DNA from: an uncultured Planctomycetota bacterium | Lineage (GTDB): Bacteria > Planctomycetota > Planctomycetia > Gemmatales > Gemmataceae | Length of the DNA stretch: 64,000 nucleotides | Assembly: GCA_963849325.1 (NCBI GenBank) | Contig: CAWKHF010000005.1 | Span: 96,001-160,000 of the forward strand | Direction of reading: 5' to 3' | Part shown: in pieces, positions 24,572 through 34,130 of the stretch | Layout: every line of letters begins with the position of its first letter | How positions within the stretch are numbered: the first letter of the stretch is position 1 | Notes under the pieces: model-generated | Seen by the model: only the letters and a program-made list of their open reading frames with translations | What the model was told of the DNA's origin: nothing | Database searches by the model: none | Program-made: the position numbers and the translations under genes

Positions 24572-25447
24572 ATGTTCCCGAGCATCGACCGCCGCGCGTT
24601 CTTGCAATCCACCCTGGCGACGACGGCGGCCCTTGCGGCCGGCGCCGCCGCTGACGCCGAGGAGAAAAAACCAAGGCTCAAGAAGGCCGTCAAGTTCGAC
24701 ATGATCCGCATCAAAGGATCGATCCAGGAGAAATTCGAGCTGATCAAATCGCTCGGCTTTCGCGGCGTCGAGATGAATAGCCCCAGCGACATCAACAAGG
24801 ACGAAGCGGTCAAGGCCCGCGACAAGACCGGCATCGTCATTCACGGCGTCATCGACTCGGTTCACTGGCGCGACACGCTGTCGCACCCCGACGCGACGGT
24901 GCGCGCCCGCGGACTGGCGGCCCTCGAAACCGCCTTGAAGGACGCCAACGTCTACGGCGCCGACACCGCTCTGCTCGTGCCTGGCGTCGTCAACAAGGAC
25001 GTTACCTATGAGCAGTGCTGGCAGCGCTCCTCGGCCGAGGTGCGCAAGGCCATCCCGCTGGCCGAGAAGCTCGGCGTCAAGATCGCCATCGAGGTCGTGT
25101 GGAACAACTTCCTCACCAAGCCGGAACAGCTGGTCGAGTACGTGGACCAGTTCAAGACGTCCTACGTCGGCGCCTATTTCGATTGCAGCAACATGATCAA
25201 GTACGGCGTCAAGCCCGGCGACTGGGTTCGCAAGCTCGGCAAGCGCATGCTCAAGTTCGACTTCAAGGGCTACAGCAAGAGCAAGGGCTGGGTGCCGATC
25301 GGCGAGGGCGATGAGGATTGGCCGGACATTCTCCAGGCGTTGGTCGAAGTCGGCTATCACGGCTGGGCGACGGCCGAGGTCGCCGGCGGCGGGCCGAAGG
25401 AACTCAAGGACGTTGCCGAGCGCATGAACAAGATCCTGGGGACGTGA
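24572..25447 (+). CDS. sugar phosphate isomerase/epimerase (xylose isomerase-like TIM barrel) with Tat signal
   Basis: DRRAFL signal, LLVPG, IAIEVVWNNFL, YFDCSN, GEGDEDW. Confidence 0.85.
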   Translation: MFPSIDRRAFLQSTLATTAALAAGAAADAEEKKPRLKKAVKFDMIRIKGSIQEKFELIKSLGFRGVEMNSPSDINKDEAVKARDKTGIVIHGVIDSVHWRDTLSHPDATVRARGLAALETALKDANVYGADTALLVPGVVNKDVTYEQCWQRSSAEVRKAIPLAEKLGVKIAIEVVWNNFLTKPEQLVEYVDQFKTSYVGAYFDCSNMIKYGVKPGDWVRKLGKRMLKFDFKGYSKSKGWVPIGEGDEDWPDILQALVEVGYHGWATAEVAGGGPKELKDVAERMNKILGT

Positions 25448-25546
25448 CACGGACGACGGACGCCGCCGCGTCGATCCCGTAAAACAATCGGTGCCGTGTC
25501 GGCGTTCATCGCCCCTCATGTCTGTCAGATGGAGGAGGACATACCC

Positions 25547-26326
25547 ATGCGCCGTACCCTGGGAGTTGGCATCGCGGTCCTGCTGCTGGCGTCGTCGGTC
25601 CGGCCCTGGCGGCCGAGACGAAACTCAAAACGACGGAGACCACCATCAAATCCGGCGATGAGGAGATCAAAGCGTTCCTCGCCGAGCCGGAGGGCAAAGG
25701 CCCGTATCCCGCCATCGTCGTCATCCAGGAGTGGTGGGGACTGACCGACTGGATCAAGGACAACGCCAAACGCCTAGCGGCGCAGGGCTACGTCACGCTG
25801 GCGCCGGACCTGTATCGCGGCAAGGTCGCCGAGGACATGAAGACGGCCAGCGAGCTGCGCAAGGGCATGCCGCACGATCGCGCCCTGCGCGACCTCAAGG
25901 CGGCGGTCGATACGCTGGCCGCCAAGGGCAACGTGGACAAGGGACGGATCGGCTCCATCGGTTGGTGCATGGGCGGCGGCTACTCGTTGCAGACTGGCGC
26001 TGCACGACCAGCGCATCAAGGCGTGTGCCATGTGCTACGGGGCCGTCGTGACCGACGCCGCCACGCTGGAGCCGTTGAACGCCACCATCCTGGGCATCTT
26101 CGGCGAGGACGACCGGGGCATCCCGCCGGCGCAGGTCCAGAAGTTCGAGGCGGCCCTCAAGCAGGCCGGCAAGAAGGTCGAGTCCATCAAGGAGTTCAAG
26201 GCCGGCCACGGCTTCATGCGCCCCGGCAACCCCGGCAGCAAGAACCCCGTCTACCGCGAAGCCGAGGCCAAGGAAGCCTGGCAGGACATCGACCGCTTCT
26301 TCGCCAAGGTGCTGCAAGGCAAGTAA
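25547..26326 (+). CDS. dienelactone hydrolase family protein; frameshifts near 25600 and 25990
   Basis: IQEWWGL, APDLYRG, nucleophile motif GWCMGG and AGHGF across frames. Confidence 0.88.
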
Positions 26327-26346
26327 GGTCGCGTCCAAGAATCAAT

Positions 26347-26417
26347 TCCGTTTAGCCGCGACGCGCAGCGGAGCGCGGGACAGACCCGCGCTCCGCTGCG
26401 CGTCGCGGCTAAACGGA
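26347..26417. repeat. REP-like palindrome family A, copy 2
   Basis: Perfect arms of about 33 bp between the two hydrolase genes. Confidence 0.9.
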
Positions 26418-26432
26418 GAACGTGTTCGTGTC

Positions 26433-27233
26433 ATGGTCGAATTCATGAGATATTTCTTTACTATTTTAATCGTTTTTCTGTCGCTCGGCTGTTCCTCATC
26501 CGCTCGCAAGGTTCGCGTGGTGGAGGGGCCTGGCGCGACAGCGGAGATGGTCTCGTACCGTTCGGGTGAGGAGAGCGTGCGCGGTTTTCTCTGTCGCCCG
26601 GAGGGCCGAGGGCCGTTTCCGGGCCTGATGCTGATCCACGACGATTTCGGACTGACCGACTGGGTGAAGGAACAGGCCAAACGCCTGTCCGATCAGGGGT
26701 ATGTCGTCCTGGCGGTCGATCTGTATCGCGGCGAGGTCGTCGCCGATCTGGAGGAGGCGCACATCATGGACCGCGGATTGCCGGAGGACCGCGTGTACCG
26801 CGACCTCAAGTCGGCGGTCGATTGCCTGGCAGCGCGGCGGGACGTGCGGGCCAAAACGCTCGGCGTCGTCGGCTGGGGCATGGGCGGCGGTTACGCCCTC
26901 GATGCGGCCATCCACGATCCGCGCCTGGGAGCGGTAGTGACGTGTTACGGCCGGCTGACAACCGATCCGCACGCGCTGGAACCTCTGAAAGCCTCGGTGT
27001 TTTGCGTCTTCGCCGGCAAGGACAAGGGCATCAGCCCCGAGACGATCGAGCAGTTCCGCGTCGCCATGAACAAGGCCGACAAACGCCTCGTCGGGATGCG
27101 CATGTACACGGCCTGTGCTCACGGCTTCCTCGACCCGGCGACATGGAAGACGCATGGGGTGCCGCCGGCCGACGACGTCAAGGATGCCTGGGGCCGGATT
27201 GACGATTATCTGGATAAGGCGCTGCATCAATAA
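26433..27233 (+). CDS. second dienelactone hydrolase family protein, possible lipoprotein
   Basis: IHDDFGL, AVDLYRG, GWGMGG, AHGF; LSLGC lipobox-like motif. Confidence 0.85.
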   Translation: MVEFMRYFFTILIVFLSLGCSSSARKVRVVEGPGATAEMVSYRSGEESVRGFLCRPEGRGPFPGLMLIHDDFGLTDWVKEQAKRLSDQGYVVLAVDLYRGEVVADLEEAHIMDRGLPEDRVYRDLKSAVDCLAARRDVRAKTLGVVGWGMGGGYALDAAIHDPRLGAVVTCYGRLTTDPHALEPLKASVFCVFAGKDKGISPETIEQFRVAMNKADKRLVGMRMYTACAHGFLDPATWKTHGVPPADDVKDAWGRIDDYLDKALHQ

Positions 27234-27272
27234 AGGTCGGCAATACACTGATCGTGGGAGGAGAGGAATTTC

Positions 27273-27527
27273 ATGGACATCAAGACAATCCCCCTGAGTC
27301 GCCTGGAAGCGGACCTGCGGGGAACGCTGAATGAGTGTGCCGACTCCGGGCAGGCGCTCGTTGTCGAACTGCCGGACCAGCGCTTGCTCGCTATCCAGCC
27401 TCTGGAGACGGCGGAGGACGACGATTTGGTCAGCGACCTGCTGGAATCGAACGCGGCTTTCCAAGCCCTTGTTGCCAAATCGAAGGCGAGTCCGCGTAAG
27501 CCATTCGCGGCGGATCACGGCGATTGA
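27273..27527 (+). CDS. orphan antitoxin-like protein (Phd/YefM-like N-terminus)
   Basis: KTIPLSRLEADLRGTLNECADSGQALVVE resembles the Phd fold; GAGG Shine-Dalgarno; no toxin gene follows. Confidence 0.55.
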   Translation: MDIKTIPLSRLEADLRGTLNECADSGQALVVELPDQRLLAIQPLETAEDDDLVSDLLESNAAFQALVAKSKASPRKPFAADHGD

Positions 27528-27563
27528 CTCTGTTTCCCAAAGACCAAACTCAGGAGAAACGCA

Positions 27564-28529
27564 ATGACGCAGGCAGCGACCTTTCGCGGCAGGATTTACG
27601 ACGACATCACGCAGGCCATCGGCGCCACGCCGTTGATCCGGCTGCGCCGGGTGGTGGGCGACGCCCGCGCCACGGTCGTCGCCAAGATGGAGAACTTCAA
27701 CCCCCTGTGGTCGGTCAAGGACCGTATCGGCGTGGCCATGATTACGGCCGGCGAGCGCGACGGCCGAATCAAGCCCGGCACGACCATCATCGAGCCGACC
27801 AGCGGCAACACCGGCATCGGCCTGGCCTTCACCTGCGCCGCGCGCGGCTACAAGCTGATTGTCACCATGCCGGAGAGCATGAGTCTGGAACGCCGTCGTC
27901 TGCTCAAGGCCTTCGGCGCCGAGGTCGTGCTGACGCCCAAGGAGACCGGCATGAAGGGCGCCATCGAGAAGGCCAACGACATGCTCAAGACCATCCCCAA
28001 TTCATTCATGCCGCAGCAGTTCGAGAACCCGGCCAACCCCGAAGTGCATCGACAGACCACGGCCGAGGAAATCTGGGCCGACACCGACGGCAAGGCCGAC
28101 ATCCTCGTCTCCGGCGTCGGCACCGGCGGCACCATCACCGGCGTCGGCGAGGTCATCAAGAAGCGCAAGCCGAGCTTCAAAACCATCGCCGTCGAGCCGA
28201 CCGCCAGCCCGGTCATCATGCAGACGAAGAACCATCAGCCCCTCAAGCCCGGCCCGCACAAGATTCAGGGACTCGGCGCCGGCTTCATTCCCAAGGTGCT
28301 CAACGTCGAGATCATCGACGAGGTGATCCTGGTCAACGACGACGATGCTTTCGCCATGTCGCGTCGGTTGGCCCGCGAAGAGGGCATCCTGGGCGGCATC
28401 AGCTGCGGCGCCGCCGCCCACGCCGCCGTCCAGGTCGCCCAGCGCCCCGACAGCGCCGGCAAGCTCATCGTCGTCGTCCTGCCCGATCTCGGCGAACGCT
28501 ACCTGAGCACGGCGCTGTATCCCGAATAG
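27564..28529 (+). CDS. cysK: cysteine synthase A
   Basis: SVKDRIG (PLP lysine), [39 protein letters not shown]. Confidence 0.96.
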   Translation: MTQAATFRGRIYDDITQAIGATPLIRLRRVVGDARATVVAKMENFNPLWSVKDRIGVAMITAGERDGRIKPGTTIIEPTSGNTGIGLAFTCAARGYKLIVTMPESMSLERRRLLKAFGAEVVLTPKETGMKGAIEKANDMLKTIPNSFMPQQFENPANPEVHRQTTAEEIWADTDGKADILVSGVGTGGTITGVGEVIKKRKPSFKTIAVEPTASPVIMQTKNHQPLKPGPHKIQGLGAGFIPKVLNVEIIDEVILVNDDDAFAMSRRLAREEGILGGISCGAAAHAAVQVAQRPDSAGKLIVVVLPDLGERYLSTALYPE

Positions 28530-28538
28530 CAACCCTTC

Positions 28539-28605
28539 GTTTAGCCGCGACGCGCAGCGGAGCGCGCGAGAGTCTCTCGCGCTCCGCTGCGCGTCGCGGC
28601 TAAAC
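28539..28605. repeat. REP-like palindrome family A, copy 3
   Basis: Between convergent cysK and folD; overlaps the folD stop. Confidence 0.9.
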
Positions 28606-29454
28606 TCTTTTGGCGGATTGCAGTGTGTTGTACAGAAGCATGGTAATGGTCATCGGCCCGACGCCGCCGGGCACGGGTGTGATGGCCGAGGCCACCTCGC
28701 GCACCGCGGCGAAATCCACGTCGCCCGCCCACGAGCCATCCGACAAGCGGTGCATGCCCACGTCGATGACCACGGCGCCGGGCCGAACCATGTCCGCCTT
28801 CAGGAAGCGCAGCTGACCGATGGCGACCACGAGGATGTCCGCCGTCCGCGTCAGGGCGGCAAGGTTCTTGCTGCGGCTGTGGCAGACGGTGACGGTGGCG
28901 TCGATGCCCTTCTGCATGAGGATCAAACTCATCGGCTTGCCGACGATGTTGCTGCGGCCCAGGACGACGACGTGCGCGCCGGCTACGGGAATGTTGTTGC
29001 GGACAAGGAGCTGCAAAACGCCGTGCGGTGTGCAGGCGAGGAAGCGCGGCCGGCCTGCGGCCAGAAGACCGAGGCTGTGGGGACTGAAGCCATCAACGTC
29101 CTTGTCCGGCGAGACCGCATCGACAATCGCGGATTCATGGATGTGAGGCGGCAGCGGCAGCTGCACGAGAATGCCATGGACGGCGGGGTCGGCGTTGAGG
29201 CGGGCGATCAGAGTGAGAAGGTCCGCCTCGCTGGTGCTGGCCGGCATTTCGTGCAAGAAGCTGGCGAGGCCGGCCTTGTCGCAGGCGCGGCGCTTGTTGC
29301 GGACGTAGAGATGGCTGGCGGGATTGTCGCCGACCAGCACCGCCGCCAGGCCGGGCCGGACGCCGTGTACCCGCATCAGCTCCGCCGTCTCGGCGGCGAT
29401 CTCCGCTTGCATCGTCTGGGCCAGTTGTTTGCCATCCAGTAGTACGGCCGTCAT
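28600..29454 (-). CDS. folD: methylenetetrahydrofolate dehydrogenase/cyclohydrolase
   Basis: YVRNK, GILVQLPLP, KDVDG, GRSNIVGKP, TPVPGGVGPMT. Confidence 0.96.
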   Translation of the reverse strand: MTAVLLDGKQLAQTMQAEIAAETAELMRVHGVRPGLAAVLVGDNPASHLYVRNKRRACDKAGLASFLHEMPASTSEADLLTLIARLNADPAVHGILVQLPLPPHIHESAIVDAVSPDKDVDGFSPHSLGLLAAGRPRFLACTPHGVLQLLVRNNIPVAGAHVVVLGRSNIVGKPMSLILMQKGIDATVTVCHSRSKNLAALTRTADILVVAIGQLRFLKADMVRPGAVVIDVGMHRLSDGSWAGDVDFAAVREVASAITPVPGGVGPMTITMLLYNTLQSAKRV

Positions 29455-29683
29455 GCGCGGTTCCTGAAATCGGTGAGCCGGCGGCGAATGGCTTGAGAAT
29501 AACGAAAGGGCGCGGCTGTGGCAAGAATGCGGTCGCTCTCACTCCTTTCCGAACGATGCCGGTTCCGGTTGGCATAAAGAATCGCTCTTGTTTTGCCGAC
29601 AGCAGGCCGATATGCCTGCTATCCGCTACCCGCCCCGAGACGCCATGCGGGGCGCTCGTTGGTCCCTCCAACCACGGGTAGAT

Positions 29684-30592
29684 ATGAGCACGACTTCACC
29701 TCCCCCCTTCGTGCCGGCCCGGACGGCCCTCGTCCTGGTATGGGGTCTCTGGTTGTCTTCCGCCGCCCAGGCCCAATCCTTCGGTCCCGGTTCCGATCTG
29801 TCTACCTGGGACCTCTCACAAGCTGCTTCGAGTAGCGCCGAGCCGACGCCGCTCCGTCGTATGCCGCACCTTCGCCTGTTCTGCATCGCGCCGGGCTTCC
29901 TCAACAATCCCGTCAGCATCCAGGACGACGACGCCACGCCGGCGCTGCCCGGCGTGCCGGGGCTGGGCGGTCCCTCGCCGCCGGCCGAGGCAGACAATGG
30001 CCCAGATTGGATTCAGTTCAACATGGGTACCGACAACCCGTACTTCGATTTGCGGCGACCCGGCGATCCCGGCGGCGTCGGCTACTACCGCGTCAACACG
30101 CAGGTCCAGCTGCTCGATTCGCCGACCACCGCCTGCACGATGGACTTGCAAGCGGTGACGCCGTCGGGCATCCAGTTCGCCGGCATGCCGGATGGACCGA
30201 CCGTGTTCAGTCCCGCCTTCAGCGTCTTCCACGCCCTGAGCGAATCCACGGCCGTGCAGGGGTTCGTGGCCAAGAACGTCGCCGTCAGCGGTGCCGACGG
30301 GCCGCGCCTGATCCAGCGCAATCTCCAGTGCGGCATGGCCGTGCAGCGACCGATCGTCGCCGATGGCCCAGAAGGCGTTCGCAGTCTGTTCCTGTCCGTG
30401 GGCGCGCTGGGGCAGGTCCGCCCGGAACGCGACAACTTGCAGCTGATGCCGACCTGTGACTTGCTGCCCGGCCTGCACTGGTATGTCAATGACAACTGGT
30501 GGCTTTCCAGCGCCGTGCTCCTGCCCATCGGCCCGACGACGCGCACCACGCCCGGCCAGCAGTGGCAGCTCACCTGCTCCGTTCGCTTCTAG
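29684..30592 (+). CDS. hypothetical exported protein, possibly outer-membrane beta-barrel
   Basis: Signal-peptide-like start (LWLSSAAQA), beta-strand-like segments, and C-terminal QWQLTCSVRF ending in Phe. Confidence 0.6.
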   Translation: MSTTSPPPFVPARTALVLVWGLWLSSAAQAQSFGPGSDLSTWDLSQAASSSAEPTPLRRMPHLRLFCIAPGFLNNPVSIQDDDATPALPGVPGLGGPSPPAEADNGPDWIQFNMGTDNPYFDLRRPGDPGGVGYYRVNTQVQLLDSPTTACTMDLQAVTPSGIQFAGMPDGPTVFSPAFSVFHALSESTAVQGFVAKNVAVSGADGPRLIQRNLQCGMAVQRPIVADGPEGVRSLFLSVGALGQVRPERDNLQLMPTCDLLPGLHWYVNDNWWLSSAVLLPIGPTTRTTPGQQWQLTCSVRF

Positions 30593-30726
30593 CCTTCCCA
30601 ATAGAACGCCAACGTCCACGCCTAGATCCCACGGAAATTTTCTTGTATCCGGCGGCGGATCGGTCACGATGGCGGAAGGCCGCCTTCCCAGCCCGGAGCG
30701 TCCGCGACGGGTTGGTGAGGTGGAGA

Positions 30727-31485
30727 ATGGTGTTGGAGATCCCCTCCGTGTCTGTTCGCGTAAGCTGTCCGCATTGCCGGACGACGTGTCTGGTGGCCGA
30801 GCAACACCTCGGCAAGCCGGTCCAGTGCGGCCGATGCGCCCGCACCTTCACGACGCGCGGCGAACAAGCCGGGGCGGCGCCGGTGCGTCTGGACATCGGC
30901 GTCGCCACGTCGCCGGGACGGGTGCGGCCGCGCAACGAGGACAGCTTTCTCGTGCAGCATTTGGTCTGGTGCAACCTCGACCAACGTCACGAAGTGGCGG
31001 TACTGATTGTCGCCGACGGCATGGGCGGCGCCGTGGCGGGCGACCGGGTCCGTGGGTTGGTGATCCGCGCCGCCGGCGCCGCCCTGGCCCCGCTGCTGGC
31101 GGATGTCCTCAACGGCTCGGCCCAGGACGCCTCCGCCGTGTCGGAGGCCATCACCGCCTGCAAGGGCGTGGGCGCCGCGGTGGCCGTCGCCGTCGTCTGG
31201 GACGGTCGGGTTCATGTCGGCCGCGTCGGCGATTGCCGGGTCTATCAGCAGCGCGGCGGTCGGCTGACGCAAATCCTGCGCGATCAAACGCTGGTACTGG
31301 CCGCCGGCGATTGGCTCGTCCTCGCCTGTGATGGGCGGCACGCCCACCTCGACGAGAACGTCCTGCAAACGGAGATCGCCCGAGCGGTCCCTTCCGCCGT
31401 CCAGGTGGCCCAGCAACTGGTCGAGCGCGCCGACCAGCTCGGCGGCAGCGACAATTGCACGGTCGTCGTCGCGCGCTGCTATTGA
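30727..31485 (+). CDS. zinc-ribbon + PP2C-type Ser/Thr phosphatase (shortened)
   Basis: CPHC..CGRC, then GRVRPRNEDSF, VADGMGG, VGDCRVY, LACDG, GGSDNCTVV. Confidence 0.82.
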   Translation: MVLEIPSVSVRVSCPHCRTTCLVAEQHLGKPVQCGRCARTFTTRGEQAGAAPVRLDIGVATSPGRVRPRNEDSFLVQHLVWCNLDQRHEVAVLIVADGMGGAVAGDRVRGLVIRAAGAALAPLLADVLNGSAQDASAVSEAITACKGVGAAVAVAVVWDGRVHVGRVGDCRVYQQRGGRLTQILRDQTLVLAAGDWLVLACDGRHAHLDENVLQTEIARAVPSAVQVAQQLVERADQLGGSDNCTVVVARCY

Positions 31486-31492
31486 CGAATTC

Positions 31493-31551
31493 GTTTAGCC
31501 GCGACGCGCCGCGGAGCGCGGAACACGCTCCGCGACGCGTCGCGGCTAAAC
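31493..31551. repeat. REP-like palindrome family A, copy 4
   Basis: Between the convergent PP2C gene and rex. Confidence 0.85.
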
Positions 31552-31572
31552 TCGAAATGAATTCGGCACGAC

Positions 31573-32244
31573 TTACTCCTCCGCCGTGAGCTGCACGAGG
31601 AAGGCGAGCTGTTCGAGCTGGACGGTGAGGTCCACGGACACGACGCTGACCGAGGACGGCAAGCGGAGCACTCGCGGCGTGAAGTTGAGCAGACCGCGAA
31701 CGCCGGCGGCGACGAGTGCCTCGGCCACGGCCTGCGCCGCCTCCGATGGGACCGTCAGCACGCCGAGTTCGGCCCTCGTCGCGGCGAGGACGAGGGGCAT
31801 CGCGTCCAGCGGAGACACCTCCAACCCTTCGACGCGCTGACCGACCTTGGCCGGGTCGGCGTCGAACAGGGCCACGAAACGGAAACCGCGTTCGATGAAT
31901 CCCTGGTAGCGGAGCAATGCCCGAGCCAGGTTGCCGACGCCCACGAGGGCGGCGGCCCAATCGCGGTCGAGTCCGAGAGCGCGGCGGATGGCCGCGATCA
32001 GTTCCGGAGCCGCATAACCGATGCCGGGATGGCCGAGGTTGCCGAGGTAGGCGAGATCCTTGCGCACCTGGGCGTCGGTGACGCCGAGCGCTTCGCCCAG
32101 CAAGCTGCTCGACACCTTGGTCGTGCCATCGCGGAGCAGACCCTCCAGGCGCCGCAGGTACAGGCTTAGACGTCCCACGCTCGCCCGAGAGGGTTTTGCG
32201 CCACCCGCGCTCTCATTCGTGGCAGCCTCGCCTTTTTTACTCAT
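31573..32244 (-). CDS. rex: redox-sensing transcriptional repressor Rex
   Basis: RLSLYLRRL, QVRKDLAYLG..GIGY, VGVGNLARAL, LLNFTP. Confidence 0.95.
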   Translation of the reverse strand: MSKKGEAATNESAGGAKPSRASVGRLSLYLRRLEGLLRDGTTKVSSSLLGEALGVTDAQVRKDLAYLGNLGHPGIGYAAPELIAAIRRALGLDRDWAAALVGVGNLARALLRYQGFIERGFRFVALFDADPAKVGQRVEGLEVSPLDAMPLVLAATRAELGVLTVPSEAAQAVAEALVAAGVRGLLNFTPRVLRLPSSVSVVSVDLTVQLEQLAFLVQLTAEE

Positions 32245-32512
32245 GCTCCGCGGCGATCTCGTCATCCCGACAGCGCGAGAAAATCCCCCTCAATGCTAGT
32301 TGTCGAGCGGGGTAGGGTCAAGCGCGCCGCCATCGCCGTCCCAATGGGGCGGTTTGGCGAAGTTCTACGGGGAGCGCTCGAAGTCCCTCCCTAACGGATC
32401 GCCACCGCTGCCGAAGGGGAGAAAAGCACCATTGTCGCGCGCGCACGCGGGCTGGTACAATCCGCCGCGAATCGCGGATCGTCCGGAATCGACCCGAGAG
32501 GAGGGAACCTCA

Positions 32513-33416
32513 ATGGAGAAAAAGTCGCGGCTGGGCCGTGGTCTGGATGCGCTCCTGAGCGGCGGCGACGATGGCGGCGTGGCGACGGCCGGGACGCAGG
32601 CGCGGGTGTCGGTCGAGGCGATCGAGCACAATCCGTATCAGCCGCGCAAGACCTTCGACGACGACGAGCTGGCGTCGCTGGGCGCCAGCATCCGCAGCCA
32701 CGGCGTCTTGCAGCCGCTGGTCGTGCGCCAGGTCGGCGAACGCTATCAGCTAGTGGCCGGCGAACGGCGTCTGCGCGGCCCGCGACGTCGGACTGACCAG
32801 CGTGCCCGTCACCGTCGTGGACTTCAACGATCAGCAGGTGCTCGAGGCCGCCCTCGTCGAGAACATTCAGCGCAGCGACCTCAACCCGATCGAGAAGGCG
32901 CAGGGCTTCAAGGAGTACCTGACGCGCTATCACATGACGCACGAGCAGTTGGCCGCTCGACTCGGTCTCGGCCGCGCCACCATCACGAACCTGGTGGCGC
33001 TGCTGGAGCTGCCCGCCGAACTGCAGGATTCGGTTCGCGTCGGCCAGCTCAGCACCGGACACGCCAAGGTCCTCAAGGGTGTCAGCGACGCGGCGCGGCA
33101 GATCGCCCTGGGCAAAGAGATCATCGCTCGCGGTCTGTCCGTACATGCCACCGAGGCGTTCGTCAAGCAGATCGCCGCCGAGGAGAGAGCGCGAAACGAG
33201 GACGACGGCACGGCCGGACCCTCCCCGGAAACGGCAGGAGGCAAGGAGGGCGCCGCCGAGAAGACGACGCACGTCCAGAGCATCGAAAACGAGCTGCGGC
33301 AGAAATTGGGCCTGCGCGTCGAGATCCGCGTCCGGGGCAAGGACAAGGGGCAGATCGTGTTGGCCTTCGAGTCTAACGACGACTTCGAGCGATTGCTCGA
33401 AGTGCTGCGCCGGTGA
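32513..33416 (+). CDS. parB: ParB/Spo0J partition protein; frameshift near 32780
   Basis: [49 protein letters not shown]. Confidence 0.92.
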
Positions 33417-33467
33417 GCGCTGGCGGACGGGGTTGTGTTCCGCTATGCTGACAGGGACAAGACGACA

Positions 33468-33543
33468 CGGGGCGTAGCGCAGCCTGGCCTAGCGCGTCTG
33501 CTTTGGGAGCAGAAAGTCGTGGGTTCGAATCCCACCGCCCCGA
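33468..33543 (+). tRNA. tRNA-Pro (anticodon TGG), CCA not encoded
   Basis: Acceptor stem CGGGGCG/CGCCCCG, anticodon stem TCTGC/GCAGA with loop TTTGGGA, T-arm GTGGG-TTCGAAT-CCCAC. Confidence 0.97.
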
Positions 33544-33589
33544 TTGACGAGACAGAAAGCCGCCTTGTCGTGAAAGACGGGAGGCTACG

Positions 33590-33837
33590 TTGGCACGAAA
33601 AAGCCTCTCACCGAACAGCCACGATCGGCTCGAAGAAGCGATGGCGATGCTCATTCAAAACCAGGCGGCGTTTCTTGGTCGCTTGGCGGAGATCGAGCGC
33701 ACGACTTCGGAGCGATTCGCGCGGATAGAAAGCGATATGACGGCGATACTCCGAGTCCTTTCCGAGCATAGCCGGTTGCTGGAACGTCTGCCCGAGGCTG
33801 TTCGCGACAAGAATTGGTTTCAAAGGACAACCATGAG
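33590..33837 (+). CDS. small coiled-coil hypothetical protein; end uncertain (probable frameshift near 33810)
   Basis: GGGAGG before a TTG start; heptad pattern ending LERLPEAVRDK. Confidence 0.5.
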
Positions 33838-33934
33838 CCGGAAGGTCAGCGCGCGTTCGGCTTGCAGTCGTCCAACTGCCGTCGCAACTGGGTGCCCCCG
33901 TTCAGGACGTCGGCGATAAGAGGCACGAACCGAA

Positions 33935-33993
33935 TGTGGCGGCACGTTTGTAACGTGCCGTACAATCCAACACGTTGAAAACGTGTTGCCACA
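33935..33993. repeat. REP-like doublet (TGTGGCGGCACGTT..AACGTGCC / CACGTT..AACGTGTTGCCACA)
   Basis: Two short palindromes in inverted orientation. Confidence 0.7.
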
Positions 33994-34130
33994 TTTTGTT
34001 AGAGCCTCTAAAAAGTTCCCTAGCCGTTTTGTCGCCCCAATTCGCGGTTTTCCTCGGAGCCCGCAGCGTCAGCGAGGGGTATTTCTTCTTCCCTCGCTCA
34101 CGCTGCGCGCTCGGAAGGATTTTTTCCTTC

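Noticed and set aside
33941-33990. parS sites near parB
   Set aside because: The palindromes (CACGTT..AACGTG) do not match TGTTTCACGTGAAACA and look like a REP doublet.
33999-34030. TTA-GAGCCTCT as a second MITE end
   Set aside because: No matching opposite terminal repeat was found nearby.
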